A stretch of DNA of 36,201 bases from Candidatus Azambacteria bacterium. Lineage in GTDB: Bacteria > Patescibacteriota > Minisyncoccia > UBA10092. The DNA lies in the NCBI GenBank assembly GCA_030646675.1, contig JAUSKX010000029.1, positions 1-36,201 of the forward strand, given 5' to 3'. The notes under the pieces are model-generated. The model was not told where the DNA came from. It did no database searches and was given only the letters and a program-made list of their open reading frames with translations. Both the position numbers and the translations under genes were made by a program. The first letter of the stretch is position 1, and each line of letters starts with the position of its first letter. Positions 8,449-17,340 of this stretch are shown piece by piece.

Positions 8449-9621
8449 TTAAATCTGATTGTTTTTGATTTTTTGGCGGAGGGATTCGACAAAAGTGTTG
8501 AAAAAATAAAGATTGTGGAAAGTTAAAAGACGCATCGCGGTTATTTCCTTTGCCTTCACAAGATGAGCGATATAATTGCGTTTGTAATTCTGGCAGACGG
8601 AACAGCCGCATTTTGAGTCCAGAGGTTTTTTGTCTTTTAGAAAAACCGATTTATTTAAATTCAACTCGCCAGAATTTGTAAAAGCAATCCCCCGCCTTCC
8701 GTAATGCGTTGGCACGGTGCAATCAAATAAATCAATTCCGCTTTTGATAATATTTTCCATATCATCAAGCCGGCCGATACCCAGCATGTGCCGCGGCTTT
8801 TTTTCGTCAAGATTCGGAGTAATCCACGACAAAATTTTCGCCATATCTTTTTTTGTTTCGCCCAAATCTCCGCCGATGCCGAAGCCGTCAAAATTAAGTG
8901 AATTGATAAATTTGGCGCTCTCACTTCTTAAATCCTCAAACTTCGAACCTTGAATTATCCCAAATAATGCTTGCCTCGCCCTTCGTAGCCTTGGCGAAGA
9001 AGGGTTTCCATGAACATCAACACAAATTTTTGCCCAGTCGTGGGTTCTTTTTACCGCTTTTTTTACATATTCATAAGTAGAAAATGGCGGCGTGCATTCG
9101 TCAAAAGCAAAAATAATATCGGCGCCGAGCGCTTCCTGGATTTTAATTGATTCTTTCGGCCCAATAAATAGTTCTTCCCCATTTATCGGAGATTTAAAAA
9201 ATACGCCTTGCGATGTAATTCGGACTTTTTTCGGCTGGGCATTTTTATCTATAACTGCGCCTTTATGGCCGGGGAAAAATCCCATAACTTTACCCACTCC
9301 CAAATCATGGCCAAATCCCAAACTGAAAACTTGAAAACCGCCCGAATCCGTCATTAACGGCCAGCTCCAATTCATAAATTCGTGAAGTCCGCCAGATGTT
9401 TTTACGATTTTTTCGCCCGGCTTCAAATGCAAATGAAAAGTGTTGGCTATAAGAATCTGGCATTTCGCCGCCTTTGCTTCTTCGCTGGTTAAAGTTTTGA
9501 CAACCGCCTGCGTCGCCACCGGAACCAGAGCCGGCGTTTCAACCAGCCCATTAGGCGTCTTCAAAAGCCCGAGCCGCGCTCCGCTCTTTTTTGATTTTTT
9601 TATAATTTCAAACTTAATCAC
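8449..9621 (-). CDS. tgt: tRNA-guanine transglycosylase
   Basis: ANTFHL, TDSGGFQVFSL, FDEC, GIIQG, DLFDC, zinc site CGCSVC...HN; GTG start. Confidence 0.96.
   Translation of the reverse strand: MIKFEIIKKSKKSGARLGLLKTPNGLVETPALVPVATQAVVKTLTSEEAKAAKCQILIANTFHLHLKPGEKIVKTSGGLHEFMNWSWPLMTDSGGFQVFSLGFGHDLGVGKVMGFFPGHKGAVIDKNAQPKKVRITSQGVFFKSPINGEELFIGPKESIKIQEALGADIIFAFDECTPPFSTYEYVKKAVKRTHDWAKICVDVHGNPSSPRLRRARQALFGIIQGSKFEDLRSESAKFINSLNFDGFGIGGDLGETKKDMAKILSWITPNLDEKKPRHMLGIGRLDDMENIIKSGIDLFDCTVPTHYGRRGIAFTNSGELNLNKSVFLKDKKPLDSKCGCSVCQNYKRNYIAHLVKAKEITAMRLLTFHNLYFFNTFVESLRQKIKNNQI
8979..9004. repeat. Short REP-like palindrome inside the tgt coding sequence
   Basis: CCCTTC-GTA-GCC-TT-GGC-GAA-GAAGGG, encoding part of the atypical peptide NPSSPRLRRAR just before QALFGIIQG. 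Confidence 0.55.
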
Positions 9622-9633
9622 TCAAAAAATATT

Positions 9634-10593
9634 CTAGTTTACCGGCGCCGGCATTGGTATCGATTTTCCTGACGGATATGTTTGTTTGTCAAAAGTTACG
9701 GTTTGAGTTTCGCATATTTGACCCTTATCATGTCTCTGCCATTTTCCATAATAGTCGGCGCTTGGAAATTCATTTACAGTTGACCGCGCAAATTCTCCGC
9801 AAAGTTCAAATTGATTATTTGAAACTACGCGATATTTGTATTCTTTCTGCGTCTCCGGGTCTGTTGTACTTGAGGCGCAATAAGTATATCTGACGCCGCT
9901 TTTCAATTCACCTAAGTCCACGGGCGGGCGGCCATTGTCATAAGCAAACGAATTGACGCAAGAGGATAGTTCCTGCAAATTATTCGTCCGTTGCGTATCT
10001 TGGTTTCTAAGCCGCGCTTCCAAAGGCGTCCCACCTACAATAAACCCAAAAATAATCGCAATAACTACGAATACAGCCGAAATAATTGCCGGTAAAATAA
10101 AATAATTTGAATAAATTTCTTTTTTATATTGAATTTTCTTTCTTTCAAAAAAGTAAAAACCGAAAACTAAGCCTGCAATAATTAAAATCGTCAGCGCTTT
10201 GAGCAGAAATCTCGCGCCATATTCACCCTGAAGAAAATTGAATACTACGGCAATAAGGTCGCCGATAATCAACCCGCTGGCAATTAATAAAACTATATAT
10301 GTGAGCCATTTTGACAGTCTTGATTCCGCTTTTTCCGGCAAATTTTCAAAACTTTTAAACCAGAAATACAACGCCCAAATATATATAGGGAAACCGATAA
10401 TCAAAGACGCAACCGCGTAATGAATGCCCGAGGCGTCAAAATAAACAAATTGATAATTCGTAAAATACTTATTGATTACCTGAAAATATAAAATACCCGT
10501 TGCGGTCGCGACAATCCCAAGCAAAATAAAAGACATAAAGTGGACGAATATTTCCGCCATGCCGCTTTTTTGTTGATTGTTTATTTCATTCAT
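9634..10593 (-). CDS. Multi-pass membrane protein, DUF5671-like, with C-terminal extracytoplasmic pilin-like segment
   Basis: About five TM helices, RLSKWLTYIVL motif, then GTPLEAR..D..R..L, DPET..Y.Y and FELCGEF with paired Cys. Confidence 0.65.
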   Translation of the reverse strand: MNEINNQQKSGMAEIFVHFMSFILLGIVATATGILYFQVINKYFTNYQFVYFDASGIHYAVASLIIGFPIYIWALYFWFKSFENLPEKAESRLSKWLTYIVLLIASGLIIGDLIAVVFNFLQGEYGARFLLKALTILIIAGLVFGFYFFERKKIQYKKEIYSNYFILPAIISAVFVVIAIIFGFIVGGTPLEARLRNQDTQRTNNLQELSSCVNSFAYDNGRPPVDLGELKSGVRYTYCASSTTDPETQKEYKYRVVSNNQFELCGEFARSTVNEFPSADYYGKWQRHDKGQICETQTVTFDKQTYPSGKSIPMPAPVN

Positions 10594-10610
10594 AATTTTA
10601 TTTTTAATTA

Positions 10611-11372
10611 TTATTGTGATAATCGGCCGCCATCAATATAAAGCGTGGCGCCCGTGATATAGCTCGCTTCTTCCGATGCTAAAAAAACCACTGCCGCGGA
10701 AACTTCTTCCGGCCTGCCGATTCTCTTAAGAGGAATGCTTGCCAGCATTTCCTTCATTTCTTCTTCGGGAACTTGAGAAGCTGAAATCATCGGCGTATCT
10801 ATCGCGCCCGGTCCGATGGCATTTACGTTAATCCCGAGCGGCGCCCACTCTACCGCTAGGGTCTCTGTCATGCCAATTATCCCTCCTTTTGAAGCTGTGT
10901 AGTGCGCTCCGCCAGCGTAACCTACTCCAACACCGCCTGAAGCAATCGAGGCGATATTGATAATCCGGCCCCAGTTATTTTTAGCCATTTCTTTTGCCGC
11001 TCTCTGGGCGCACAAAAACTCGCCTTTCAAATTTATATTAATGGTCTTGTCCCAATCTTCTTCAGACATTTCCAAGGCCGGTTTATCGGTATAAATTCCG
11101 GCATTATTAACTAAAATATCCAGCCGCCCGAATTGCTTTATAACTTCGTCAAAAACGGCGCCTACTTCTGCCTTGTTTGAAACATCCATCTTAAAAGCGA
11201 CCGCCTCTCCTCCGGCGGATTTTATTTCATCAACAACTGCTTGGCATTCTTCTTGGCTAATGTCCGTTACCGCCACTTTCGCGCCCTGCCGCGCTAAAGC
11301 TATTGCATGGCTTTTGCCCATCCCCCGCCTCGCGCCGGTTACTAAAGCAACTTTTTCCGTTAAATCAAACAT
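10611..11372 (-). CDS. Short-chain dehydrogenase/reductase (FabG-like)
   Basis: TGARRGMG, NNAG, YTASK catalytic motif, PG.IDT, ITG..L.IDGG. Confidence 0.95.
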   Translation of the reverse strand: MFDLTEKVALVTGARRGMGKSHAIALARQGAKVAVTDISQEECQAVVDEIKSAGGEAVAFKMDVSNKAEVGAVFDEVIKQFGRLDILVNNAGIYTDKPALEMSEEDWDKTININLKGEFLCAQRAAKEMAKNNWGRIINIASIASGGVGVGYAGGAHYTASKGGIIGMTETLAVEWAPLGINVNAIGPGAIDTPMISASQVPEEEMKEMLASIPLKRIGRPEEVSAAVVFLASEEASYITGATLYIDGGRLSQ

Positions 11373-11374
11373 TA

Positions 11375-11400
11375 AATCTATTAATTTATATTAATAGATT
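11375..11400. promoter_or_regulatory. Operator-like inverted repeat upstream of the SDR gene
   Basis: AATCTATTAAT-N4-ATTAATAGATT between a minus-strand TATAAT (11402-11407) and the ATG. Confidence 0.45.
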
Positions 11401-11446
11401 AATTATATCCTAAATCTCTTAAGACACAAAGATAAGTTGCAAACAC

Positions 11447-11471
11447 AAAAAAAACGGGAACGGTCCCGTTT
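11447..11471 (-). terminator. Intrinsic terminator
   Basis: Minus strand AAACGGGA-CCGT-TCCCGTTT running into an 8-T tract, about 10 nt after the stop at 11481. Confidence 0.8.
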
Positions 11472-11480
11472 AATTAAAAC

Positions 11481-12002
11481 TTAGTTAAATGCTTCCGAAA
11501 GATTTGTACCAGAAACCTTTCCAATAAATTCTGCTCTTTCATCCCAGTCTTTCAATAAAAATTCAATAAATAATTTTCCTTCATTGCTTAAAGCGGTAAG
11601 CACTCTAATGGCTTCATTTAATTCCGTGTCCGTTAATAGCCAGTTTATTTTTAACTCAAGTTGTCTAGTTATCACAACATGACCAGGAAAATAATCTTTG
11701 CCCAATATATATCTAAAATAAGGAACAAAACTCGAATCCGTCTCATTTGCTCGTTTTTGAAACTTGTCATCAAAAAACTTACCGATTTTGGGATTTCTTA
11801 CCATTTTAATAAAATTACTTTGTGCAATTTCAAGTAATCTTTTAACAGTTAATACTTTTTCCTGCCTTTCAATTTCTTTTTCATCTTCCTTAATTTTTGA
11901 CAACAACTCCGTTTGTAATCTTTCCTGATTTTTATTCACCCTTTCTCTTTCAACATCAGATTGCACATTGTCAAAAACAGCAGAAATATTGGCATCAGTC
12001 AT
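11481..12002 (-). CDS. Hypothetical protein (orphan, N-terminal coiled coil)
   Basis: 173-aa ORF with AAGGAG SD, its own promoter and terminator; no recognisable motif. Confidence 0.75.
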   Translation of the reverse strand: MTDANISAVFDNVQSDVERERVNKNQERLQTELLSKIKEDEKEIERQEKVLTVKRLLEIAQSNFIKMVRNPKIGKFFDDKFQKRANETDSSFVPYFRYILGKDYFPGHVVITRQLELKINWLLTDTELNEAIRVLTALSNEGKLFIEFLLKDWDERAEFIGKVSGTNLSEAFN

Positions 12003-12059
12003 TTTGCGATTTTCTCCTTCCTATTCAATTGTTATAGAACATTCCTTTTGACTTCATAT

Positions 12060-12088
12060 AGTCTACATACTTTAACCAAATAAGTCAA
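12060..12088 (-). promoter_or_regulatory. Putative sigma70 promoter
   Basis: TTGACT-17 nt-TAGACT. Confidence 0.6.
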
Positions 12089-12108
12089 CTAAAACTTCCC
12101 ATGCCAAC

Positions 12109-12142
12109 CCTTGTAGCGATGTATTGATACATAGGTACAAGG
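12109..12142. repeat. Palindrome downstream of the TrpR-like gene
   Basis: CCTTGTA-GCG-ATGTATTGATACAT-AGG-TACAAGG; 12112-12132 is 19/21 identical to 12592-12612. Confidence 0.8.
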
Positions 12143-12159
12143 TGAATAAAAGTTATTTT

Positions 12160-12582
12160 TTATTTCAACCATTTTGTTCTTCCTTTTATGTCATTCTTTT
12201 GGGGAGGAACAATACTGACTAATTTCCCGATAAACTTATCAAATTGTTTTTCAAGTTTTTTCAGTTCGCTTCGCTTTTCTAATTTCTTAATAAAAATCTC
12301 ATAATCCCCCTCTGTTTTGTCCATTACTTCTTTTATCCTACACACAGTTGAGGTGCTAACCTTTAAAGCATCGCTGATGTCGCGCTGGCTATAATTCTTG
12401 TTTAATAAAAAGGCGATGGCTAATCTTTTTGCCAACATTATCTTTTCCGTCTTAGTTAAAAGACTATTCAAAAAATTCCTAATATCAGAGTCGTTGTCCA
12501 ATCTTGCCAATAACCACCACAAAGTGGCTTGAATTTCATAGTTGCTTTCTTTGCTTAATGGATTGCGAGAAACCTGACTCAT
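12160..12582 (-). CDS. TrpR-like (YerC/YecD family) HTH protein
   Basis: FLNSLLTKTEKIMLAKRLAIAFLL followed by HTH YSQRDISDALKVSTSTVCRI. Confidence 0.85.
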   Translation of the reverse strand: MSQVSRNPLSKESNYEIQATLWWLLARLDNDSDIRNFLNSLLTKTEKIMLAKRLAIAFLLNKNYSQRDISDALKVSTSTVCRIKEVMDKTEGDYEIFIKKLEKRSELKKLEKQFDKFIGKLVSIVPPQKNDIKGRTKWLK

Positions 12583-12590
12583 AATTATCC

Positions 12591-12620
12591 CTGTATCGAT
12601 GTATTAATACATGATAACAG
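12591..12620. repeat. Palindrome upstream of the TrpR-like gene
   Basis: CTGT-ATCG-ATGTATTAATACAT-GATA-ACAG with a perfect 14-bp core, 8 nt upstream of the ATG. Confidence 0.8.
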
Positions 12621-12651
12621 AGATTGTGCAGAAATTAAAATGATTTTAATT

Positions 12652-14934
12652 TTACACTTTAAATCCCTTAAGACGCAAAGAATTGAGGACGACTGAAATT
12701 GAAGAAAATGCCATCGCGGCGCCGGCTAAAATAGGATTCAAAACAATGCCCCAAACGGGGTATAAAACGCCGGCCGCCACCGGAATGAGAATAATATTAT
12801 ACACATATGCCCAAAAAAGATTCTGTTTGATATTCCGTAAAGTTTGTCGGCTTAGCTTTATTGCTTCGTAAACTCCCATCGGGTCGCCGGAAATCAAAGT
12901 AATGTCACTGGATTCAATGGCGATATCGGTGCCGGTGCCGATAGCAATACCGACTTCGGCTTGAGTAAGCGCCGGCGCGTCATTGATGCCGTCGCCGACC
13001 ATGGCCACTTTTTTGCCTTCGGCTTGAAGCGCTTTAATTTTTTCCGATTTTTCATTGGGTAAAACTTTTGCCATTATATTTTTAATGCCGATTTGTCCGC
13101 CGATGGCTTCGGCTGTTCTTTCATTATCTCCCGTAATCATCCATACTTCCAATCCCAAATTTTGCAATAATTTAATAGTTTCAACGGCGCTTTCTTTTAA
13201 TGTATCCGCAACGGCAATAGCGCCAAGCGGTTTATCGGATGCCAAAATTATTACTGTTTTTCCTTCTTTCTCAAGCTTCTGAATTTTATTTTCCTGTTCT
13301 TGAGAAATTTTTATATTTTTTTCGACAAGCAAAGCCCTGTTGCCGAAAAAGAATTTATTTATTTTGCTATCAGCGGCAATGTCGCCTTCCAGTCCTTTAC
13401 CGGGAGTAACCAAAAAATTTTCAACTTTGAAAAGCTCTATTTTTCCGCTTTCGGCCGTTTCTCTTATAGCTTTATCAAGAGGATGAGAGGATGCTTTTCC
13501 TAGACTCGCGGCATAAGCGACGACAGCTTTGGCAATCGGATGTTCAGAAAATTTTTCAAGCGAAGCGGCAACATGCAAAATATCTTCGCCCATTTTCTCG
13601 CTGAAAGCCATAATATCGGTAACTGACGGTTCGCCTTTTGTTAGAGTTCCTGTTTTATCCAAAACAATGGCATTAATTTTTCCCGCCAATTCAAGCGCTT
13701 CGGCGTCTCTTATGATAATGCCGCGTTCCGCCGCTTTGCCCGTTCCAACCATAATTGAAGTCGGCGTGGCTAGCCCTAAAGCGCAAGGGCAAGCCACCAC
13801 TAAAACTGCCACCGCGTTAATCAACGCAAAACTTAAAGAAGATTGCGCGCCCCAAAAAAACCAAACAATAAATGAACCTATAGAAATTACTAAAACAACC
13901 GGCACAAAATATCCGGTTATAGTATCGGCTAATTTTTGAATCGGCGCTTTTGACCCTTGAGCTTCTTCAACCAATTTAACTATTTGAGCTAAAAAAGTTT
14001 CTTTGCCCACTTTGGTTGCCTTAAACTTAAAAGCGCCTGTTTTGTTGATAGTCGCGCCAATAACTCCATCGCCTGTTTTTTTATCAACCGGCATTGATTC
14101 GCCGGTAACCATCGACTCATCAATCGCCGACGCGCCTTCAATAATAATGCCGTCAACCGGAATTTTTTCTCCCGGCTTAACTAAAATAATATCGCCGACT
14201 TTCACATCTTCAATCGGCATTTCCATTTCCTCGCCATTTTCGTGAATGATATGGGCGGTTTTCGCTTGAAGTTTTAATAATTTTTTAATCGCTTCCGAAG
14301 CCGAACCTTTGGCTTTCGCTTCCAAATACTTGCCCAAAATAACCAATGTCACAACTACAGAGGCAACGTCAAAATAGACCTCTAACGGCAATTTGAAAAT
14401 CGTTATGATGGCGCTGTAAATAAACGCCGCGCCAGTACCCAGCGCCACTAGAGTATCCATATTGGCGGTAAAATTTTTCAAGCCGAACCAAGCGCCGCGC
14501 CAAAATTGCCAGCCAATCCAAAATTCAATCGGTGTTGTCAAAATCAAAAGCAACGCGTATCGCCACGGGCCGGGGATTATTTCTGTAAAACTGAAAATCA
14601 TAATTAAAACGGATAATATAGCGCCGATGGTAAATTTCTTTTTCAAGAGCGCGATTTCCGCTTCTTTCAGCATTTTATGATGGTCGTGCTCGCCCTCTGC
14701 AGATTTGGCGGCGGCGGGCTCGCCATTTTGAATAATTAAGTGATAGCCGGTTTTCGCCACAGCGATTTCCATCAATTCCGGCGTTGCCGGTTCTTCATAT
14801 TCTATAACCGCTTTTTCCGACATCATATTTACCGAGGCGCTTTTGACGCCCGGCACTTTTTTTAGCGCTTGTTCAATCGTAAGCGCGCAGGAAACGCAAT
14901 GCATCCCCTGAATCGCAAAAGTTTCTTTTTTCAT
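12652..14934 (-). CDS. copA: Copper-translocating P1B-type ATPase
   Basis: N-terminal HMA GMHCVSC, TGES, CPC, DKTGT, HP, GDGIND, YN and MAFSS Cu(I)-type TM motifs. Confidence 0.95.
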   Translation of the reverse strand: MKKETFAIQGMHCVSCALTIEQALKKVPGVKSASVNMMSEKAVIEYEEPATPELMEIAVAKTGYHLIIQNGEPAAAKSAEGEHDHHKMLKEAEIALLKKKFTIGAILSVLIMIFSFTEIIPGPWRYALLLILTTPIEFWIGWQFWRGAWFGLKNFTANMDTLVALGTGAAFIYSAIITIFKLPLEVYFDVASVVVTLVILGKYLEAKAKGSASEAIKKLLKLQAKTAHIIHENGEEMEMPIEDVKVGDIILVKPGEKIPVDGIIIEGASAIDESMVTGESMPVDKKTGDGVIGATINKTGAFKFKATKVGKETFLAQIVKLVEEAQGSKAPIQKLADTITGYFVPVVLVISIGSFIVWFFWGAQSSLSFALINAVAVLVVACPCALGLATPTSIMVGTGKAAERGIIIRDAEALELAGKINAIVLDKTGTLTKGEPSVTDIMAFSEKMGEDILHVAASLEKFSEHPIAKAVVAYAASLGKASSHPLDKAIRETAESGKIELFKVENFLVTPGKGLEGDIAADSKINKFFFGNRALLVEKNIKISQEQENKIQKLEKEGKTVIILASDKPLGAIAVADTLKESAVETIKLLQNLGLEVWMITGDNERTAEAIGGQIGIKNIMAKVLPNEKSEKIKALQAEGKKVAMVGDGINDAPALTQAEVGIAIGTGTDIAIESSDITLISGDPMGVYEAIKLSRQTLRNIKQNLFWAYVYNIILIPVAAGVLYPVWGIVLNPILAGAAMAFSSISVVLNSLRLKGFKV

Positions 14935-15188
14935 TAGGCTAAATCTTTCTTCATTCTTTCGAATTCTTCTCTGTTGATTTCGCCTTTAGCATATCGCTCT
15001 TTAAGAATTTCCAAGGGTATTTTACCGGAAATTCTGGATTTGGATTGATTAATCAACCAGCGGATTAAAACTGCTATTCCAACGATAATCAAAACCCAAA
15101 ACGCCAACATAAAAATCGGCCCAATAACACTAAAAATAGAAAACCCAACACCGCTTGTTCCCCAATCTCCCATCATATTTGAGTACAT
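14934..15188 (-). CDS. SHOCT-domain small membrane protein
   Basis: MMG-type N-terminus, TM helix, [26 protein letters not shown]; stop overlaps the copA start. Confidence 0.88.
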   Translation of the reverse strand: MYSNMMGDWGTSGVGFSIFSVIGPIFMLAFWVLIIVGIAVLIRWLINQSKSRISGKIPLEILKERYAKGEINREEFERMKKDLA

Positions 15189-15234
15189 ATTTTTTATTCT
15201 AATTATAATGCTTATATCTATTATATCATGATTG

Positions 15235-15957
15235 TCAAGCTGCGCATCCTCCGCCTTCTTGGGGTTGGTCAGGAAACCAAAATGAGTTCATTTGGCGCCC
15301 TGCTTGATACATTTGGCTTTCACTCGCGCTCTGCGACGCCATAAGCTCCAAAAGCCCCAGCATGGCCATGCCGTGGTTGCAATCGGGAAAATACGCCGGA
15401 TTACTGCAGCATGGTCGATAGATATTTTTGCTTGTTTTTTCAACCAGCGCCTGCTGTTCCGGTGTTAGAACGACGAACAAATGCTTGCCATAATGATTCA
15501 TCGCGTTGCCATCGGCCAATGTCCATCCTCCGGTTGAGGCAAATCCGCCGGCGCCGCCGTAACGCGGGTCGTTCATCGGTCCTTTTTCAAGAATTTCATT
15601 TTTATTGCCAAGCCCCAACGCCCAAAATAAATTAAGCAGAAGGCCGGAATTTTCCTGATTTACCGTTAAATTGCCATTTTGCAAGCCGTCAAGAAGTTTT
15701 TTATCGGCGGCGCTTAATCCGCCCCGACTTTCATAAATCGCTTCAAACTGCGCGCGGTCGATTACGCCCGCGCTTATCATTTGTGCGCCAAGATTATTCC
15801 AAGCAACCGGCAATTCAACCGATTGAACGACACTTGGTGCGCGTTCGTTTTTATTTTCTTCATTCGAAACTATTTTTTGATTTACATTTGTCCAGCCGTA
15901 AACGACAACCAGTGTTGAAAGTATTATGCTTGCGGGTATTAGATAACTTTTTTCCAT
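15235..15957 (-). CDS. Membrane-anchored Cys/His-rich hypothetical protein
   Basis: N-terminal TM; RPCCSNPAYFPDCNHGMAM motif; C-terminal GGGC. Confidence 0.75.
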   Translation of the reverse strand: MEKSYLIPASIILSTLVVVYGWTNVNQKIVSNEENKNERAPSVVQSVELPVAWNNLGAQMISAGVIDRAQFEAIYESRGGLSAADKKLLDGLQNGNLTVNQENSGLLLNLFWALGLGNKNEILEKGPMNDPRYGGAGGFASTGGWTLADGNAMNHYGKHLFVVLTPEQQALVEKTSKNIYRPCCSNPAYFPDCNHGMAMLGLLELMASQSASESQMYQAGRQMNSFWFPDQPQEGGGCAA

Positions 15958-15961
15958 TTTT

Positions 15962-16741
15962 TTATACTAAATAAATTATAATTCCTAAAATAATCATGGC
16001 TATACCGCTCCAAAATCTCATGTTCCCCATTTCTTGCTTCTGCCACTCTTGAACTTTATCAAGCACGTTTCTGTCGCTGGCGATAAGAAGCATCACAATC
16101 AAAGGCAGAACAAAAATAAAGTTGTACAAAATCAGATAGCCCAGCCCTTGCCAATAAGTTACCTGGTCATGAAGCAGACCCAAAATCATAACATACGGAC
16201 CGCCGCTGCAGGGCAGGGCGCAAATGCCGACCAAAGCGCCCAAGAGAAATGCGGTGGCAAGCGAACCTTTTTCCATAAGTCCGCCCATTTTTTGATGAGC
16301 AATTTGCGGGATTCTAAGCTTGAGCGGAAATCCGGGAAAAAATACATTAATTAGGTTTAGACCGCCAAGCGCGATAAGTAGTGCCGCTCCGAACTTTGCC
16401 ATAAAGAATGGGACATCAAACAGATGGAACGCCTGAAGAACGCCAACGCCGATTAAAACATACGCCGAAAAAATCCCGAAAACATATATGCCTCCGATTT
16501 TCAATATATTGGCGCGCAACCGGCCGATGCTGAAAAGAAAAGCAATGGTCACAAGAAGAATGGAGAAGGCGCACGGATGAATGCTGTTTACAATAGACGC
16601 CGCCAAAATCAGCGGAAAAAGAAATTTTCCCCCGCCGGATATTTGCCAGAGGAGCGGCGCGCTTTTCATTGAACCCAAAAACCATGCCGAAACGGCAAAA
16701 ACAACGGCAATTAAAACCAGCCAAAATAATCTTTTTTTCAT
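15962..16741 (-). CDS. CcdA/DsbD-type transmembrane thiol-disulfide electron transporter
   Basis: 6-7 TM helices with the two conserved Pro-Cys sites HPCA and LPCSGGPY, and YN.IFVLPL. Confidence 0.85.
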   Translation of the reverse strand: MKKRLFWLVLIAVVFAVSAWFLGSMKSAPLLWQISGGGKFLFPLILAASIVNSIHPCAFSILLVTIAFLFSIGRLRANILKIGGIYVFGIFSAYVLIGVGVLQAFHLFDVPFFMAKFGAALLIALGGLNLINVFFPGFPLKLRIPQIAHQKMGGLMEKGSLATAFLLGALVGICALPCSGGPYVMILGLLHDQVTYWQGLGYLILYNFIFVLPLIVMLLIASDRNVLDKVQEWQKQEMGNMRFWSGIAMIILGIIIYLV

Positions 16742-17247
16742 GGCGTTACAACTGCTTTAAACTGCAACGATATCGGTTCTTGCTCAGCGCCTGTGGAAAC
16801 CACAATTTGTCTTTCAATCGGGCCGACGCCGGACGGGCCATGGGCCGCGGGGTCAAAGATCGCTTTCACTATTAACGTTTCACCCGGTTTTACGACCAAA
16901 TTGGCCTTGCGCCCGCCTCCATGGCCTTGCATGCCGAATGGACCGGCAAATTTATTGCCTACTTTTAATTCGGCTTCGGTGCACATACAGGAAGTAAACA
17001 CTTCGCCGATTTGAACATTTTTATCGCTTTTATTTTCCAGCAAAAATTCTTTGTTCACTTTTCCTTTTGCCATTGATACCGTCCCGAAATCATAACTGTT
17101 TTCAATAACGAAAAGTGTCCCACCCAATTCTCCGCCGATAACAGCAGGAACTTCTTGCCCAACACTATTGGTAAGCCACGCGAGACCGGCGACAATAACT
17201 GCTATAATTCCCAGTAAAATCAATACTTGTTTAATTTGTTCTTTCAT
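16738..17247 (-). CDS. DUF1573-like Ig-fold protein with CxC motif
   Basis: N-terminal TM, YDFGTV, TSCMCT, FGMQGHG, FDPAAHGPSGVG; ATG at 17247 preferred. Confidence 0.8.
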   Translation of the reverse strand: MKEQIKQVLILLGIIAVIVAGLAWLTNSVGQEVPAVIGGELGGTLFVIENSYDFGTVSMAKGKVNKEFLLENKSDKNVQIGEVFTSCMCTEAELKVGNKFAGPFGMQGHGGGRKANLVVKPGETLIVKAIFDPAAHGPSGVGPIERQIVVSTGAEQEPISLQFKAVVTP

Positions 17248-17266
17248 ATTTTTCTTAATTAATAAC

Positions 17267-17288
17267 AAAAAATCCCTGAATCAGGGAT
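17267..17288 (-). terminator. Terminator/attenuator hairpin between the leader ORF and the DUF1573 gene
   Basis: Minus strand ATCCCTG-ATT-CAGGGAT followed by TTTTTGTT. Confidence 0.6.
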
Positions 17289-17291
17289 ACA

Positions 17292-17340
17292 AAAACGCAG
17301 ACATAAAGCCGCCGACCAGCGAATTTTATATCTGCGTTTT
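17292..17340 (-). promoter_or_regulatory. Long RNA hairpin overlapping the stop codon of the leader ORF
   Basis: AAAACGCAGATATAAA pairs with TTTATGTCTGCGTTTT (16 bp, one G-U), plus apical TCGCT/GGCGG. Confidence 0.7.

Noticed and set aside
12632-12652. AT-only inverted repeat at the end of copA
   Set aside because: It is low-complexity and weak, and likely to arise by chance in AT-rich DNA.
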